Assembly (NCBI RefSeq): GCF_009914755.1
Contig: NC_060925.1
Source of the DNA: the human T2T-CHM13v2.0 reference genome, Homo sapiens
Strand: one strand, 5' to 3'
DNA: 64,000 nucleotides
Shown here: positions 33,701 through 51,735 of the stretch, piece after piece
How the letters are laid out: the number at the start of each line of letters is the position of its first letter
Numbering within the stretch: the first letter of the stretch is position 1
Notes under the pieces: model-generated
Told to the model about the DNA's origin: nothing
Databases searched by the model: none
What the model saw: only the letters and a program-made list of their open reading frames with translations
Program-made: the position numbers and the translations under genes

Positions 33701-36700
33701 CATATAATTCCTACATCTAGGAGTTGCTGTGTTGACTAAATGAAGTAATGCTTGTGTATCAGCTTTGCAAATTACATACCCCAAACAAATATATATTAAG
33801 ATTTTATTTGCTGCAACAGAAGAAAGTGGACCATCTCTTGGTGTTTGTTTTGATGAGACTTGACCTATATAACACAGGCTCAAGTATGTTTGTTAAAGTG
33901 AATCACCTGTTGCTTTCTGGGCCATACTTGAAATGACGTGCCGTGTTACAGTGAACCCCTTTTGCACCGCCCCAAGTTCAGGTTGCCCTTACACAATTTG
34001 GGCGAGATAGATGAACACGCACCTTCCTCCTTCTTAGAAACAAAACAGTGACTTGGGTAGGGTAGACATTAGGAAAGTGACTTAGCTGGTAAATATGTGA
34101 TTAATAATGGAGATTTGGCCTAAGCATGAGTGCGAGCCTCTGAATACGGATGGGTAAATGATAAATAGCAAGTCTGCCAAGTTGAGCACATTGGGGAACC
34201 TCTTGGGCTCTGTTCATGCTTGAAGTATGACTGTGCCAATACTGTACTCGCTATTTAACAAAATGAGGTCATACCAATCACACTATTTTGCACGTATTTG
34301 TTTACACATCTCTTGTCTGCTAAGCTATGAGCTCTTTGAGAGCAGGGACTGTTTCTGTTTATCGTTGTTTTCTAGCATCTAGCAGAGTGCTTAGCATATA
34401 ATAAATGTGTATTGGATGAATGAATGAACGAATGAAATTCTTTGCATTTTTACTCGGTTAGAGAGATTTTTTGAAAGGCATATATGTGGGATTATTTGTG
34501 CCGTCATCTGCTAATTTCACAGATGTCTTCTCAACTGTAGACCTTCATATAAGGGAAAGACCTATTTACGCATAGTTGAGTTGCAGCTGCTGCTGCCCTG
34601 GCCTGATGGCACAGTGGTGAGGGCTGTCTCAATATCTGTCCCATGTCTCTTTCATAGAATAATACCCTCCCTCAGCCCCTTTTCCCTGTATCTTCCTTTC
34701 AAGGGTTGCTGTGTAGTTAACTCTGCTTCAGGCAATTTATCTTATCTGTACTTTTCTCTTCCTCATTCCTCTTCTCTTTTCCAGTGCTTGTCCAGTAACC
34801 TCAAGGAAATCTGTTCCAACCCTTCTTTGCTGTTGGTGTATTCCTATTCATGAGTTAAATCCCAAACAAAACATACTCTAATCAGGGCAGTCGAACTTGA
34901 AAAGAGTCAGTGAGAAATCTGAAAGGAGGAAAAGCCTGGCCACGAGGCTCCAAGTGAAATGAAAGCCATAAACACCAGCTTCGTCAACCTTGAAAGCTTC
35001 TAAAAGTGCCCCTAAGCCTCCTTTTGAATCACTAAAAGTTTTCACTTACCTCCCTGTCTTTCTCAGATAAAATTTCCTCTTTCTCAGCCATGAGTCTTAA
35101 AAAACAAAGCAAAACAAAACACTTCACACCTGCTTCTTATTCAGTTTTACACTAGTGGAAAGAGAACGGGATTTAGAGTTGGAAGGCCAACGTGAGCGTC
35201 TGCTGCCACTTAGTAGCTGTGTGACTCTGTATAAGCTTCTAGGCTTTCTGTGCCTCAATTTCTTCAACCGTTGACAATATGACCGTGTATCATCACATAA
35301 TACACTATGATGTGAAGTTTATGTAGATGAAGAACTCTTTCAAGCTCACAAAGCACCAGATACATGTCAGATATTTCTAATGTTACACCAGTTTTTAATA
35401 TCATGTTTCATTTCACATACGGTACTTGATATCTCAATTACATTAGAGGCTAAGACAGTTTTCTACCAGCATGAGAACTGAAACACGATAGCATGCCTTT
35501 TATGGCGAAATGTGTTTGAACTTCAAACAACAAATATATAAAACTTATTATGCAATACACCCTATCAGCAAATTAATTGAAGGCTGCCTCTAGATTGTTA
35601 GGTGTGGACGACAGGAACTTTATTTCCTACTTCTTTTGTACATGCCATTGCTGTTTAACAGTGTTGGGTTCATAACAGGTGATTAGACAGTCTTGTTGAT
35701 AGTTTGGAGAACCATCTTAATCATGACCTAGAATCATTCTTATTTCACAGCAACCTGTGTCTTGACTAATGTTAAACTGACTAATTTGTTTTGAAGCTGA
35801 GAATGAGAAATTGGAGGTCCTTCTCATAGATCTGAGATTCCTTTTTATTCCCGAGTTGGATAAATTAGGGTAAACAAATCAAATACTTGTAAAAATACTG
35901 TACAAAGGAATGACATATGCATGCTGGTTCCCTAGCAGGGTAATTCCATCAGCGCTTTAAAAAAAAAAAAAAAAAAGATGACATTCCTTCTCAACCAGCC
36001 AAAGGAGCCATTTTCCAATCTCTTATCTTGTTGGGGTGTGTTAGAGAAATATACCAAGTGCAAGAACCTGTAAGCCTGGGGTTCATTAACCTGCTTAAAA
36101 CCAGTTTTACTTCAAATAGGTGATCTTTAGTGTCAACCGTTGTACTTTTGTCTGCAGGGAACAACTCAAGTTTCGTCCTGTCCTCAGTAAGCAGATGAGA
36201 GGTAGGGTTGACGTTAGAAGCCAAGTTTTTGTGGAGCAATAAGGTAAAATTATGAAGGAAGCCTATAGAATTCCAGGAGAGTTTAAAGAAAACAGTAGAA
36301 TACTTTCTTAGCAAGGGTATGGGTGGGCTTCTGAGTGGAGGAAGCAGGCTAGACCTTGGGATGTTCCAGTCCAAATTCTGTTTCGGAAGCTCCCTAAATG
36401 TATGCAGAGGTTGTGTAATTGTATTCATCACTGTTGAATGTATTATTGGTTTGATTTGGTTTCACTGCTCCTAAGTTCCTTTTGTCTTATCTTGCAAGCA
36501 TATCACTGTGAGTACTTAAATCATTAACAACTCATTAAAACTCTTGACCATTTTCATTTTCTACCAAGCTGAAGCCTGGGTGTGGTGGAAACTTGTGCAG
36601 GCCTGCTTGGCTGTGCCGCAACTGAGCAGCTCCTAGCAGTTTGGCTGTCAAAAGGTCACTGAATAAACAAATTGATAGGAATGGCGGACATAATCTCTGC

Positions 36701-37414
36701 AGTTCCTTGAAAAGAAGGAAGGGGCTGCAGGATACAGGATAGTGAAGGATCCTTCTCTTCAACCTGAAGGACTCTTCAGCAATTAACACCTTGACTCTCT
36801 TTTTATGCAACACTTTTTTTTTGTCCTCTCAGAGACTCTATTTGTACTTGGTCTTTTCTTCTTTCAGGATTTCTATAGCTTCTTTTAGAGACTCAAAGTG
36901 CTTCCAGTTTTGTTACCTCATTTATTCTCTAGGGGCAGGAATTAAGGTCTTGATGGAGATGAAGTGGTACATCACTTACTGGGCTGTGGAGGCAGTCTAC
37001 AACAGGCAGTTGCAGCAGTTCTTCTGGTTACATGTTGAGAGATATATATATACACATACACACACACACACACATACATTTTACCTTATTTAGGATCTCC
37101 CAGAAGATAATTTTAAGTATTTGTAATTTCTATATATTTTAAATAGCTGATTTATGCCTCATAAGTAAAGAAAAAAGGTTTCTCTGCTTTTGACTTGAAT
37201 TGTTGAACTATTTGTCCCTTGGTAAACTGATCAGTTGCCGTGCAGATTGAGAGAAAGCCATTCAATCAATCAAAATGTTTCTACTGCATTGGCATGCTTT
37301 GTAATGGAAATGAAAATGACAGCATGTTTTTGTCAGTTTAAATGAATAGGTTTCCTTTAGATCGATGCTGAAGTTGGTATTATAGGTATCTAGCCTATGA
37401 ATGCTAATAATTAA

Positions 37415-38061
<647 letters not shown>

Positions 38062-38599
38062 AGAATGGTATTCTTAACGTATGGACTTAAAAGGAGCATT
38101 TGCAAGGAAGAGTGGCAGTGGCAGTATTGTATGGGGAGCTCTGATTCTCATTTATGCAAGATATGTAATGCCTTTCTAAAGAATAGTGTTGCTACTTACA
38201 GCTCGGGCTTGGAGATAAGACCCACTACTCTGCAGGTCCACTTGAACTTCTTTGTAAGCCCACTTGAACTAATCTGGAAGAGTTTCAAGCTTTGGTACCC
38301 TATTTGCCAACAGCTGGGTACAAAACCACCTATTGGGTATGATTTTAGGGCTATTGTCAAGGTCCCTGAAGGTGGATAGACTGAAGACATCTCTTCTACT
38401 GGTAGCTTTATCTCTTTAAAACATTCTTTTATTGTATCTCACTCAAAAGACTAGCTGTTTATTTATACTTTAGTATGAGATTCCATTTGTTTCTTTACAA
38501 GGTTTTGATAAGGGTCTAAGACTACTAGATGCCAGTTTAGTGAGGGAGGGCACTCTGGGGGAAGTAAGCAGGTATATGGGGCTAAAATCAAAAGGTTGA

Positions 38600-39010
<411 letters not shown>

Positions 39011-39612
39011 TAGATCATCACAATCCCTTTTAGTTAAGTCTGCTCACTTGGTAGATTTGTACCTAACTGCCCAACTGCCCAGGCTTTGGTGTTTTTCCCC
39101 ATTCTGTGCTTTGGTGAGGAGATCCTGCGTTTTCTTTCCGTTTCCTTTGCCAGAAAGAGCTCCCTGTGGCAACATAGAAAATATCAACTCACTGATTTCC
39201 CCAGAAAGGGAAGAGTCCACAGCTTCAGAATGGTATCTGCCCTGGTGTCTGCATTCTGGTCAGGCGGCTGCATTCAGCATCTGTGCTCCCGGGCTGGGGT
39301 GCTTATCTGTAGTAGCCAGACGGCCTGGGCGCTCACAGTAAGTTACGTTTACATAGTGGAGAGGTGAGCAAGCAGATAGTCTGAAGCAAGTAGAAAGAAC
39401 ACTCCAGTCAAGGTTTTCCAGAGGAAAGATTTTGAACCATCGTCAATTAAATAAAACAGAATCTTCTCAAGATCACCAGAAAATACATAGCCAGGGAGAT
39501 CCCAAGTATTGTGGAACCAACCTAATTATAGTTACCTCCTATTTGCTTAGCATTTTGTGCTTTTAAAAATGGGTCTTATTTCATATCTCATCTGATCTTA
39601 AATATCCTGTGA

Positions 39613-39963
<351 letters not shown>

Positions 39964-42900
39964 TGAGAAAACTGAAGCATTAGGTAGGCTAAGTGACATG
40001 GCCAAAGTCACACAGTTAATAGGGCAGGATCAGAATTTAGAATGCATGTTTTTTCTTTTAAAAACAACTTTATTCAGGTATAATTTATGTGCAATAAAAT
40101 TCACTATTTGAAACCTATAGTTCAATGAGTTTTGACAAATGGTATATACTTGTGTAGCCACAATTATAATCAATAGGTTGAACATTTCTATCACCCCAAA
40201 AAGTCCCTTCACGGTCCTTGGCTTTAATCTTCCTCTTTCCTTCCCCAATTCCCCCTGTCTTTTGATGTCTAATGCAATGCTCTTTTCACTGTCCCACACT
40301 CGGACTTGACAGCCCTTCAGCCATATCCTTCTGGAGAGAGTCCTGGCTGGCAGCCAGCCTGCCTCATCATGTTGAGTTATGAGAGTGAATGGGAAGTTAG
40401 TGGGTTGCTTACTCCATTGTTAGTTCCTTCCTTCCCTTCTTTTACCAGCTCCAGGCTATAGAAAAATTATGTGGGTTCTCCTTCCCAGGAGAGCTTGAAA
40501 AACAGGACACCAGCTCACCTGTCTGCTCTTGCTTCCTGGTAGCCTGCTGCTGGGGAGGGGTGGGAGTGAGCAGGAGGTGGTGGGGTGGTGGACTAGGCGA
40601 CCTCTAGAGGATGCTCTACTTCTGTATCGTCTACTCAGTCTCGATCTCCGTAGAAACCAGCTAGCTCTCTGCTGCCTAGTTGCAGTTCCCCAAGGCTTTA
40701 AGCAGTCTGAATTCCATATCTGATGAATGAATCCCAAAGGTGTTGAAGATCCCAGTTCTGAAAAATGAGCAAACCCCAAGTTTTATAATTGAAACTTTCA
40801 TAACAGATCGGGTCCTAGACAGATCCCTCCCTCTGTAACTGAGTTAGGTTTTGAGGGGAGATATCCCCCATTATACTGTTCCTAAATCCTAGATTTTGAC
40901 TGTAGTGTTCGGGACATTCCGGAGAGTCACATTGTTTACCCAGGTGCTGGACCAGAGTTGCTCCCCGGCGTTGCTGTGTGGCATCCAGCAAAGGCAGGTT
41001 GGGAGCCTGCTCCTTTTCATAGCCAGCTTTGCCTCCATACCAGCAAGATGGAAGATAGGTGCCTTCACTAAGCCCCTCAGGTGGCCACAGGATATGATCC
41101 AGAATGGTGGTCTCTACTTTTCTATTTGCTCCTATTTAGCCACCCAGTTTGGGAGTAGCCCTGTGTATTATGATTATCTCTTTCATTCATTTTGGGCTAT
41201 TTGAGTTTTTAGGGCCCTTTCCTATCCATTATCTCCTGTTCTCAATAAGTCTGATATCTTCTGTTAGAGTAAAAGCTCCATCTCCTCTGATCTAAGACAG
41301 CTGCAAGGACAGGACAGACTCAGATTTCTTCTCTGCAAAGGCTCCTGTTAAATCTTGGGCCCTATGGTATTGATTTTCTTCTAGTTATCTCTACAAATTT
41401 TTCTGGCTTTGCTGAAGGGGGAAAAAATCACCAGACTGCATGCTTGAGCTTCAGGTTTCTCCTTAGCTGGCAGCCTCAACCAGAAAAAAATTCTTTTTGA
41501 GAGCACTGAGCCTCAGGCACTGGTTTTGCCCTGTACTCCCCAGTGTCTAACTCTTAACAGCTGGTGGCCATCCCTGGCCTCCATCTTTACTTTGCTGCAT
41601 ACCTCAGCTTGATGAGTCCTTGATGTTGACTCCTTGACCTTACTGCCATCTTCTTTCCCCTGCAGGGGCCTCTTGAACTATGGGGAGCTTAGAAAACAGT
41701 GGGCTTCCTGTGTTTTGTCTACCAGCAAAGCTGGGTACCTGAATCCCCATGTGACAGTGCTGCATGGCTGACTCCAGTATTCTTCAGGAGACACAGTAGC
41801 AGGAACAGAGACTTAGTTGAAAGCCCCAAGTGTGTATATCTGAAGTGTTTGTACAAAGATGGGGGCAGAGAGCTGCTCATGTCTGCAAAGAGGGACAGTC
41901 CCACTCTTGCAGAGGTGACAGTCCACAGCAATGCTGTCTCTTCCATTTCTCATTGGGGTTAGGTTTCCAAAGGTCCATGAAGGTTTTATTCGTTTTCGTG
42001 CCCCAAGAGAGCTTTCCATAGTAATGAAAGAAATGTTAAGAACTGCAGGAAATGGGTAAGATTATAGATGGCCAAGGAAAGTAGCAAGGAACAAAAAAAG
42101 ACAATGTATTTTAAAGGAAAACTTTTTGGAGCTATTTCATGGATGCTGCTGGTCACCTGGGGAAATCTTGGATTTATTTGACAGTTCCCGTTTTCCACTT
42201 AGGCTTCATGTATACATGGGTTTGGGAGCTAGGAAGGGGAATAATACCCTCCCCAAAGAGCTGTGGCTGAGCTCCCAGTCCCCAGGACCAAATTGAGCTG
42301 TTGCAGCTGGGAAGCAGATTGGTGCAGCCCTCCCCAAAATGCTCACAGCCCTGTGGTTATTTCCTGTCTTTTTCCCCTTGTATATTCCTCTTTGCAGCTT
42401 GTATCTTCCCTTTCTACAGGAAATCTCAGCCGCCTAGCCCATGGGCCTGGTTGGGCTGCTGTCTCCTTCCTTTATTCTTCATAGCCCTTAATCACTTCTC
42501 ATTAGTGGACTCCCTGGGAGGGAGGGAAGAAGGGTTTTGTTCTGATGCCAGCCTCCTGGAAGGGCTGTATCCCACCAAGACAGATGGCTGCCTAGCCTAT
42601 TTTTAACTGTCTCTGGGGAAGAAGATTCCACAACCTATTTTGAAACCTGTTTCATTGATTGACAGCTTTCCAATTAGGAATTTCTTGCTGATACCTGACT
42701 TAAAATTTGACAGCTATAGTTGAAACTCATTTCCTTTTGTTTCTTTGAAATCATAGAGTTTGGGAAAGAGAGGGATTTTAATTAGAAGTCGTCTAGGCCT
42801 ACCCCTAATGAAGAAAATAAGTTGAAGTTGAAACTGAAAATGCCTCCTCATCCTCTCATTGAGGATCCCATCAGTTTTGGGATCTGCCTTTGAAATCACA

Positions 42901-43889
42901 CATTTGGGTACCATTCTGTAAGAATCAATTTAATTTTCAGGGGAAAAAAAGTGTTCTGGAGCTGGAAGTTTAGAGCGCAAGTAAGTCGTTAATACGACTT
43001 ACTCTATTTTGTTTGTAGTGAGAAAGTTAAATGGTGCTTATAGAATTACCTTGCCTCTATTGGCAGAGAGTAAAAATAAACTGAGCTCTCAATATACAAA
43101 GACTTCCCCAGTTCTTTTCCTTTCGCTCATATCAATGCCTGTCTTTAAAGAAAAAAAGAGGGTTATTTTTCTCTCCTCCATCAGTGGGATTCTCTGTATT
43201 TTAAATATCTTTTTTAAGACTAATGTCAGGTGACTCAAATTCCACTGAAGTCTCTCTTTTTAGTTGTCTTTCTGCCGCTGCAGACTTCTCTTGACATGAG
43301 ACTCTGTGCTGCTTCTCTTGACAGACTGCATCTCGATGGCAGAACACTGGTAAGAAGCTAATGATGTTGGTTCCGTTTCAGTGTGTGGAATCTTGTTATG
43401 TGGTATAGAAGTCCAGCATTCTAGGCGAATAAACCGAAAGGTATTAGACTGACTATAAAGGGGTCTTGGGAAGGGATCTTACTCCTCTTTGATAGTTGGT
43501 ACTTGTACCTTTTCTCAACACCTGTGACATTTTCTTTTTCCAGAGATAGCATCACATGTCAAGGTGGAACATCAGATGCTTGGATCAACCAATGAGTTGT
43601 ATCCAGACCTGTGACCAAAACTGAGGTGGCATTTGGGATATCATTCACCTTTTGGTCTGTGCTTCAGGCCATGAGTAGTTAGTGTATAGCACATGTTCAC
43701 AGGCATTAGCATCTCAGTCTTTTGAAATATGGCTAAAATTTAGTATTCCACCTGCACTTGATCTACTTGAGAAGTATTTAACAGGTCTATTTTATAAAAT
43801 CCCAAGGCAGCCTTTTCTGCTACCTGCTTGGATTGGGCTGCATGAATATAAACTCATTTTGCTATCAGCCTGAGAAATAGGCAGGTATA

Positions 43890-44949
<1,060 letters not shown>

Positions 44950-46502
44950 TATGTTTCTCTCCTTTTTGCCTCTACTGATTGCTATGGGACTTTTATCTTA
45001 GCACCTGTTATCATAATTCCTCTATTAAACTATAAGCTTTTGGATGGCAGGGCCCTTTTCTTACTTATGTGTGTATCTCCAGTGTCTCCTGATATAGTGT
45101 CTGGCCTATAGTAGGTGCTCAGAAGTACTAACTAGACATATATATGTCTTAGTTCAGTGCTATATATTTGTTGGTGCCAAACAGCTCTTTATTGAATAGA
45201 TGGATATATGTATGTATTACTGCACATAATGTACTCAAAATCCAAATGAGAACCTATAGAGTATCTATTTTTTAGGATTTTTGCCATACTGGTTCCTTGT
45301 GTTTGCATGAAAAACTGAAAATTGACTGTGGAGCTTTTAGGCTTGGGTTGGAACAATATGTATTTTAGAAAGATTACTCTCTTAATAATAACTACAACTC
45401 ATTCTTAGAATAATAAAAATCATATCAGTACTAAGTAATATTTATCAACTGCTTACTGTGTGCCAGGCAGTATGCTAAGTGTGTATGTTATCTTAGTTCA
45501 TATCTACAGCCCTGAAAGAAGACACAACAAGACATGTTGTGTTATTATTTCCATTTATAGATGAGGTCTCTTTGGGAGCCAGCAAGGAGGTGGTACAAGG
45601 TCTAATCTTTGAACAGTTGAGAAATGGGTAGTTTGTTTTCATAGTGCTGCTTCTTATTTTCAAGGTTGAGGGCCCTTCTAGGCGAGGTGAAAGGAACCCT
45701 TAAATCTAGAGACTGCCTAGAGGGAGAAACTGACACTTACTTTTGGCTTTCTGGGAACCAGGGTAGGTCCTCTCTTAATTGAAGAGAATTAATAGGATCC
45801 TGTGGCTGGGCATTGGGCAGAGTGTTTGAATAGCTGCTGGCCATGGTAGGTAATGCCAAAGTGGCAGTGAAAACAAGCTACTGTGGGACATTAGACCCTG
45901 CCTGTCACTTTTCTTCCCAGGCCACTCACTTGTTGGAGGGCCCTTCTGAAACTCCTCTTGCTCTGTAGTCTGGATGCTTGTGAACAAGCTGCTTGCAGGT
46001 GCCGAAACAAACAGCAGTGTGGGTCTCAGGGCCTGGGCTTGGAAGCTGGGCAGAGGGTGGAAGGGCTCCATTTGGGAGCAGTGTTGATGGAAGTGATTTT
46101 TCTAGCTGAGGTGCGAGGTTGGTTCTGAGCTGAATTTAAGAGAAGGCTATGGTCTTTTGTCCTTCCACACTTTTGGGACCCAGCAGATACTACAAATGCA
46201 ATCTTTACAAACCCACTCACTGCCAGAAATGAATCTAAAAAAGTGCTAGTCTGTGGGCCTCTTGGTCAGGAAGGTGACAGCAGTGGCAACAGCAGAAAAA
46301 CCAATCAAACAAACAAAATGCCTGTGGGCTGGCAAACAGAATTTCTTTGCAAGGTTAATTCTGAATGTCAGACTCTTTCCTTTTTTGTAGGTTGGAAGGA
46401 GGCAGCAGCAAAGGGAAAGAGATAGCAGTTGGAGGCCACCTTCTTTAGTCCCCCTTCCCCAAAGAAGAGCCGTAGCTAGTATTGTGGTTGGCATTAAATT
46501 GA

Positions 46503-46838
<336 letters not shown>

Positions 46839-47060
46839 TGAAAAGATTTTTGATGTACTTTTTAGCCAGAGGGAGTTTATGCTGCTGTGTGGCCAGTTTT
46901 TCCACATGTCTGCAACAGTTACAATTTTTGACAGATATCTTGAGAAGATTATAGATTTTGATAGAGGCAGTAACTTTATTAGCAAGACTGATTTCATATT
47001 AGAATGAAATCTCTGGGTCTTTTTCGGATTACTTCATGTTCCTTAAAAAGAAAGACATTG

Positions 47061-47440
<380 letters not shown>

Positions 47441-47983
47441 CTAGGGAGAGAATTTTGCAGTGCTTTTGAGCATGTCTGTGTAAATGTGCTGTACTCATCA
47501 CTATGGAATGGTTCTCCAGTTTGGCTGTAAACTCATGGAGCTGGCTCCTTGAAATGCTAGCGTCCTAGCCATGCACGCATGCAAGCAAGCAGAATTTGTT
47601 CACGCCTAGGCCATATGTGGATGTCACTCTTCTTCAGTTTCATATCCAGTTTCTGCTTGCCTGAGCTAGAAATGAAGTCATCCAGCACTCACAAAACCTC
47701 TGGCCTTAGAGGCTTAAAAACAAAAACAAAACAAACATAGCAACTATCCCATACCACCTTAGTGAGGTGGATATTATTGTCCTCTTTTCAGAAGTGAGGA
47801 AACTAAGGCTCAGAAATTAAGATACGTGCTCATGGTCACACAGGTCCTAGGAACAGGGATCCAGGATCCCAAAGTCTGCCTCTAAAGCCTATGCTTTTCC
47901 CATAGGGCTGCTGAACCTGACCTTTGCACTTTGCCATTTATGTTACTTCTTCCATTCCTTGGGAGTAAATTGAAATGGGTTTG

Positions 47984-48300
47984 GGTTGGCGCTGTGGCTC
48001 ACACCTGTAATCCCACCACTTTGGGAGGCTGAGGTGGGTGGATTGCTTGAACCCAGGAGTTCGAGAGCAGCCTGGGCAACATAAGGAGACCCCATCTCTA
48101 CAGATAATTTAAAAATTAGCTGGACTTGGTGGCGCCCACCTGTGGTCCCAGCTACTTGGGAGGCTGAGGCAGGAGGATCACCTAAGCCCGGAAGGTCGAG
48201 GCTACGGTGAGCTGTAATCATGCCTCTACACTCTGGCCTGGGTGAAAGAGCAAGACCCTGTCTCAAAAACAAGCTAACAAAAACCCCCCTAAAAACAAAA
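47984..48300 (+). mobile_element. AluJ
   Basis: gaaatgggtttg TSD on both sides. Confidence 0.86.
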
Positions 48301-48989
48301 GAAATGGGTTTGAGAGAGAAGAAGAGAGAGAAACTTAACTGTGGGTGTTCGTAGTTAGGTACTCGTGGAGGACCACCTACCATCAGACGGGAGTGGCTAG
48401 CCCTTGTTTTCATTTATGCAGACAGACTTCCTTTTCTACCTCTGCTGGTTATACCAGGTACAAATAGGGATGCTGCAGTAGAGCAGAGGAGCTAAACGTG
48501 GCTTCCTCTGACTTACATAATAAAATAAGAATCTCCCCAATGGCCCTTTCCTGTCTGCTGGTCTCTGTGATGAAGTGGGCCACCCTAGGGACAGCTTCAC
48601 TTAAGGGCCTCCCCAGGGTTATCAGGTCCACAAAGGGTCTTGGGATCAAATGTACAGCTAAATTGATGAGATCAATTCATTAAGATAAAGACTTCTACTT
48701 CCAAAGCAGTATGGTGCTTGGGTCAGTGTCTCTTGAGAAATTAATGTATAGATAAAATATTTCATATTAGGGAGAGCTCTGTGCTGCCCTTTCCCAAAGC
48801 TTTGGTTATTTGATGGGAGGGGAAGTCTTCTCGAACCTATGTCAGAATATTCCGCTTTGAAAGATGAGGGTTTTTCTTGAGGCTAGTTTTGTACCTGCTG
48901 TTTCTTTTAGAAATGATTGCTTTATGGATTTAAAAGGTGACCCAAATGACTTTTTTATTATTATTATTTTTTAATGCTGGGAGGAGTTT

Positions 48990-49014
48990 GCGTGTGTGTG
49001 TGTGTGTGTGTGTG
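48990..49014. repeat. (GT)n microsatellite
   Basis: Seen directly. Confidence 0.9.
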
Positions 49015-51334
49015 TTTTATCTCCTTCAACTCTGACCACCTGGAAGTCAGCCTAATCTCTGCCCTCGTGTTGATCTTTAATTCAACATTTAATTACCTAT
49101 CTTGGTATCCATATGAATTTGATTGTTTTTTTGGCTTTTTTTGAACTCATAAAAGGTATCCAAGTTCCTGGAGGGCATAGTGCCCATCTCCTCCCATCCA
49201 CCAGTGGACATTCTTTTCCAAAAGACACATGGCAAGTACCCCTCACACCTGAGCTGTGGTGGTTTGGGTTTGTCCCCTTTGCTTTTGTTTGCAGAACACC
49301 TTTTACTCCTTTTGCACTTGATGGTTCTGTTGTACTTGTAAGGAAAATCAGTTGAAATAAAAAGATATTAAATTGAGAGACAAAAAGATGTTGCCACACT
49401 CCCAGTTAGAGGCAGACTTTAGTCTATATTTTCAGATTTATTTTGATTATAAAGTGTAGTCTCCCCCCGCCACCCCCTGTCTGCTTTTCTTTGTAGTTCT
49501 GTAATCAGGAGTCTGTTATTCTCTTTCCAATGCTATAATTAATAGTCTGGTCTAAAATATAAAAACCTCAAAGTTATTAATGGAAATGTCACTACTCACC
49601 TCATTTTTACAGAGGCCGCTTGGCCTCTAAGTCATTGAGTCTTTGGACAAACATCATTTAGCATTGACTATGTGCAAGAACTGTGCTGTATGCTGGGGAT
49701 TTAAAGACAAAGAAATACAGTTTCTGCCTCTGAGCCGTGCATCATCTCACTGGTGAGGCTCACATACAAACAAACAGGCAGAATTCAGTGTAATTGAGAA
49801 ATGTTGTAATTGAGTTATATATAGGGTTCTTATTTTGCACGTCTCTGTAGAGTAGTAGTTTCCATACTGTGCGGTATTTGCCTGTTCACTTGCCTGTTCC
49901 TTTGTGAGCTCTCGAGGGCCAGGAACAAATATGGATATAAACATGGAACCATGAGCGAATAGATGTTTCTTATCAATGCTCGGCCTGTCTTACGAGGTGT
50001 TCCATAGTGGAACCACCTGGGAAACAATTGATTTTGCATTCTTGTTTGTTAGCTAAATGCCTGATTTGCTTTTTAGGATTCTTTTAGGTTAAATCATATG
50101 AAATTACCATTTTGTTGATAATTTCACATGGTTCCATGTAATAAAAAGAGATCAATTTTACAGACTTCTGGTTTCAGGTCATGCACAGAGGTGAAGTTCT
50201 GCACAGGTACTGGGCATCCTATATGTATTTCCACTAGGTTACTATTTCCGAGTGTGAGTCTCTATTTGGAACTTCAGAGAGGGAGCCTGTGGCCCAGCTA
50301 CTCCTGTGTCACTCAGCTCTGGAGTGGAATTCTTCTAGGTAGTGCCTGTTTGTAGACTGGACAGGGAATAAAACCACTACTCTGTGCCCGTTTATAAATA
50401 TTTGCATTTACCTTGGAGAATGTACAAGACCTGGGCTTCATGCGTGTGTGAGAGAAAATAGCAAGTGAAAAGGATGTGTACACAGCAGCATGAATGGGGT
50501 GCTATTCTTAGCTGGGTCTCTAACCTAGAGAACAGGAAACAAGATGCTTCTGAATGTGGACTATGGCTGCCCTATGCTAGAGCCAAGAGGCTTCGAGTCA
50601 TAGGGAAACTCATGACAGTTGCTAGTGTCCTTCAGACCTTCCTCTTTTGTAGAAAGTTTCATTCTTTGTGTGTCTCAGACTGAGATGGAGGAGGGGTGAC
50701 TCTGTTTTCTAAGGGATCTAGAGAGAAAGGGCAGATGTAGTCTTGAGCAGTGGGCTTCTCAGCTGTGCTGCTTCTTCCACGGAGACCATCTGGATCTACT
50801 CGGTTGATGGAGCAGCTCCTCTCATTCTGAGTGGGTTTAGCATTTGAGAAATAGAGGGGCACCTTGGCTGACTGGACTAAACCTTCTTTGGCAATTTATA
50901 ATAAATGCTCTCTGATTTATTGTTTATTCTTTCACATTGAGGTTGAACCTGATTTGCCTTTGAAAGTTAAGAGCAGGACTAGGACTAGAACTAGAAATGC
51001 CTGATGTATACTGTAGCACACAGTGGAGCGTTGTCCACTTTTTAGTCACTTGGTGACTACCGATTAATTGATTTGAATATATCAATGTCTGGCAGTTGGA
51101 CCAATTACTCAGCTTCCCAATCTGATGGTGTGGTTGATAGAAATGTTTCCTGGTGGCATTTTCCCACAGGATTAGGATGGTGGTGGCATTAGCCAGGATC
51201 TCTTTTGTCACTGCCACTGTTACTGAATGATCTGTATTTTGAACTTTCTTGACTTAGTATAGTATTATACATCCAGCCCTTACCCTAAATGCTTATTATT
51301 TAATATTGACAACTTACAGGTTAATGTTTTAAAT

Positions 51335-51735
<401 letters not shown>

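Noticed and set aside
35991-36431. 146-aa minus-strand ORF in unique intron sequence
   Set aside because: No recognisable motif or splice support; the length is compatible with chance in 64 kb.
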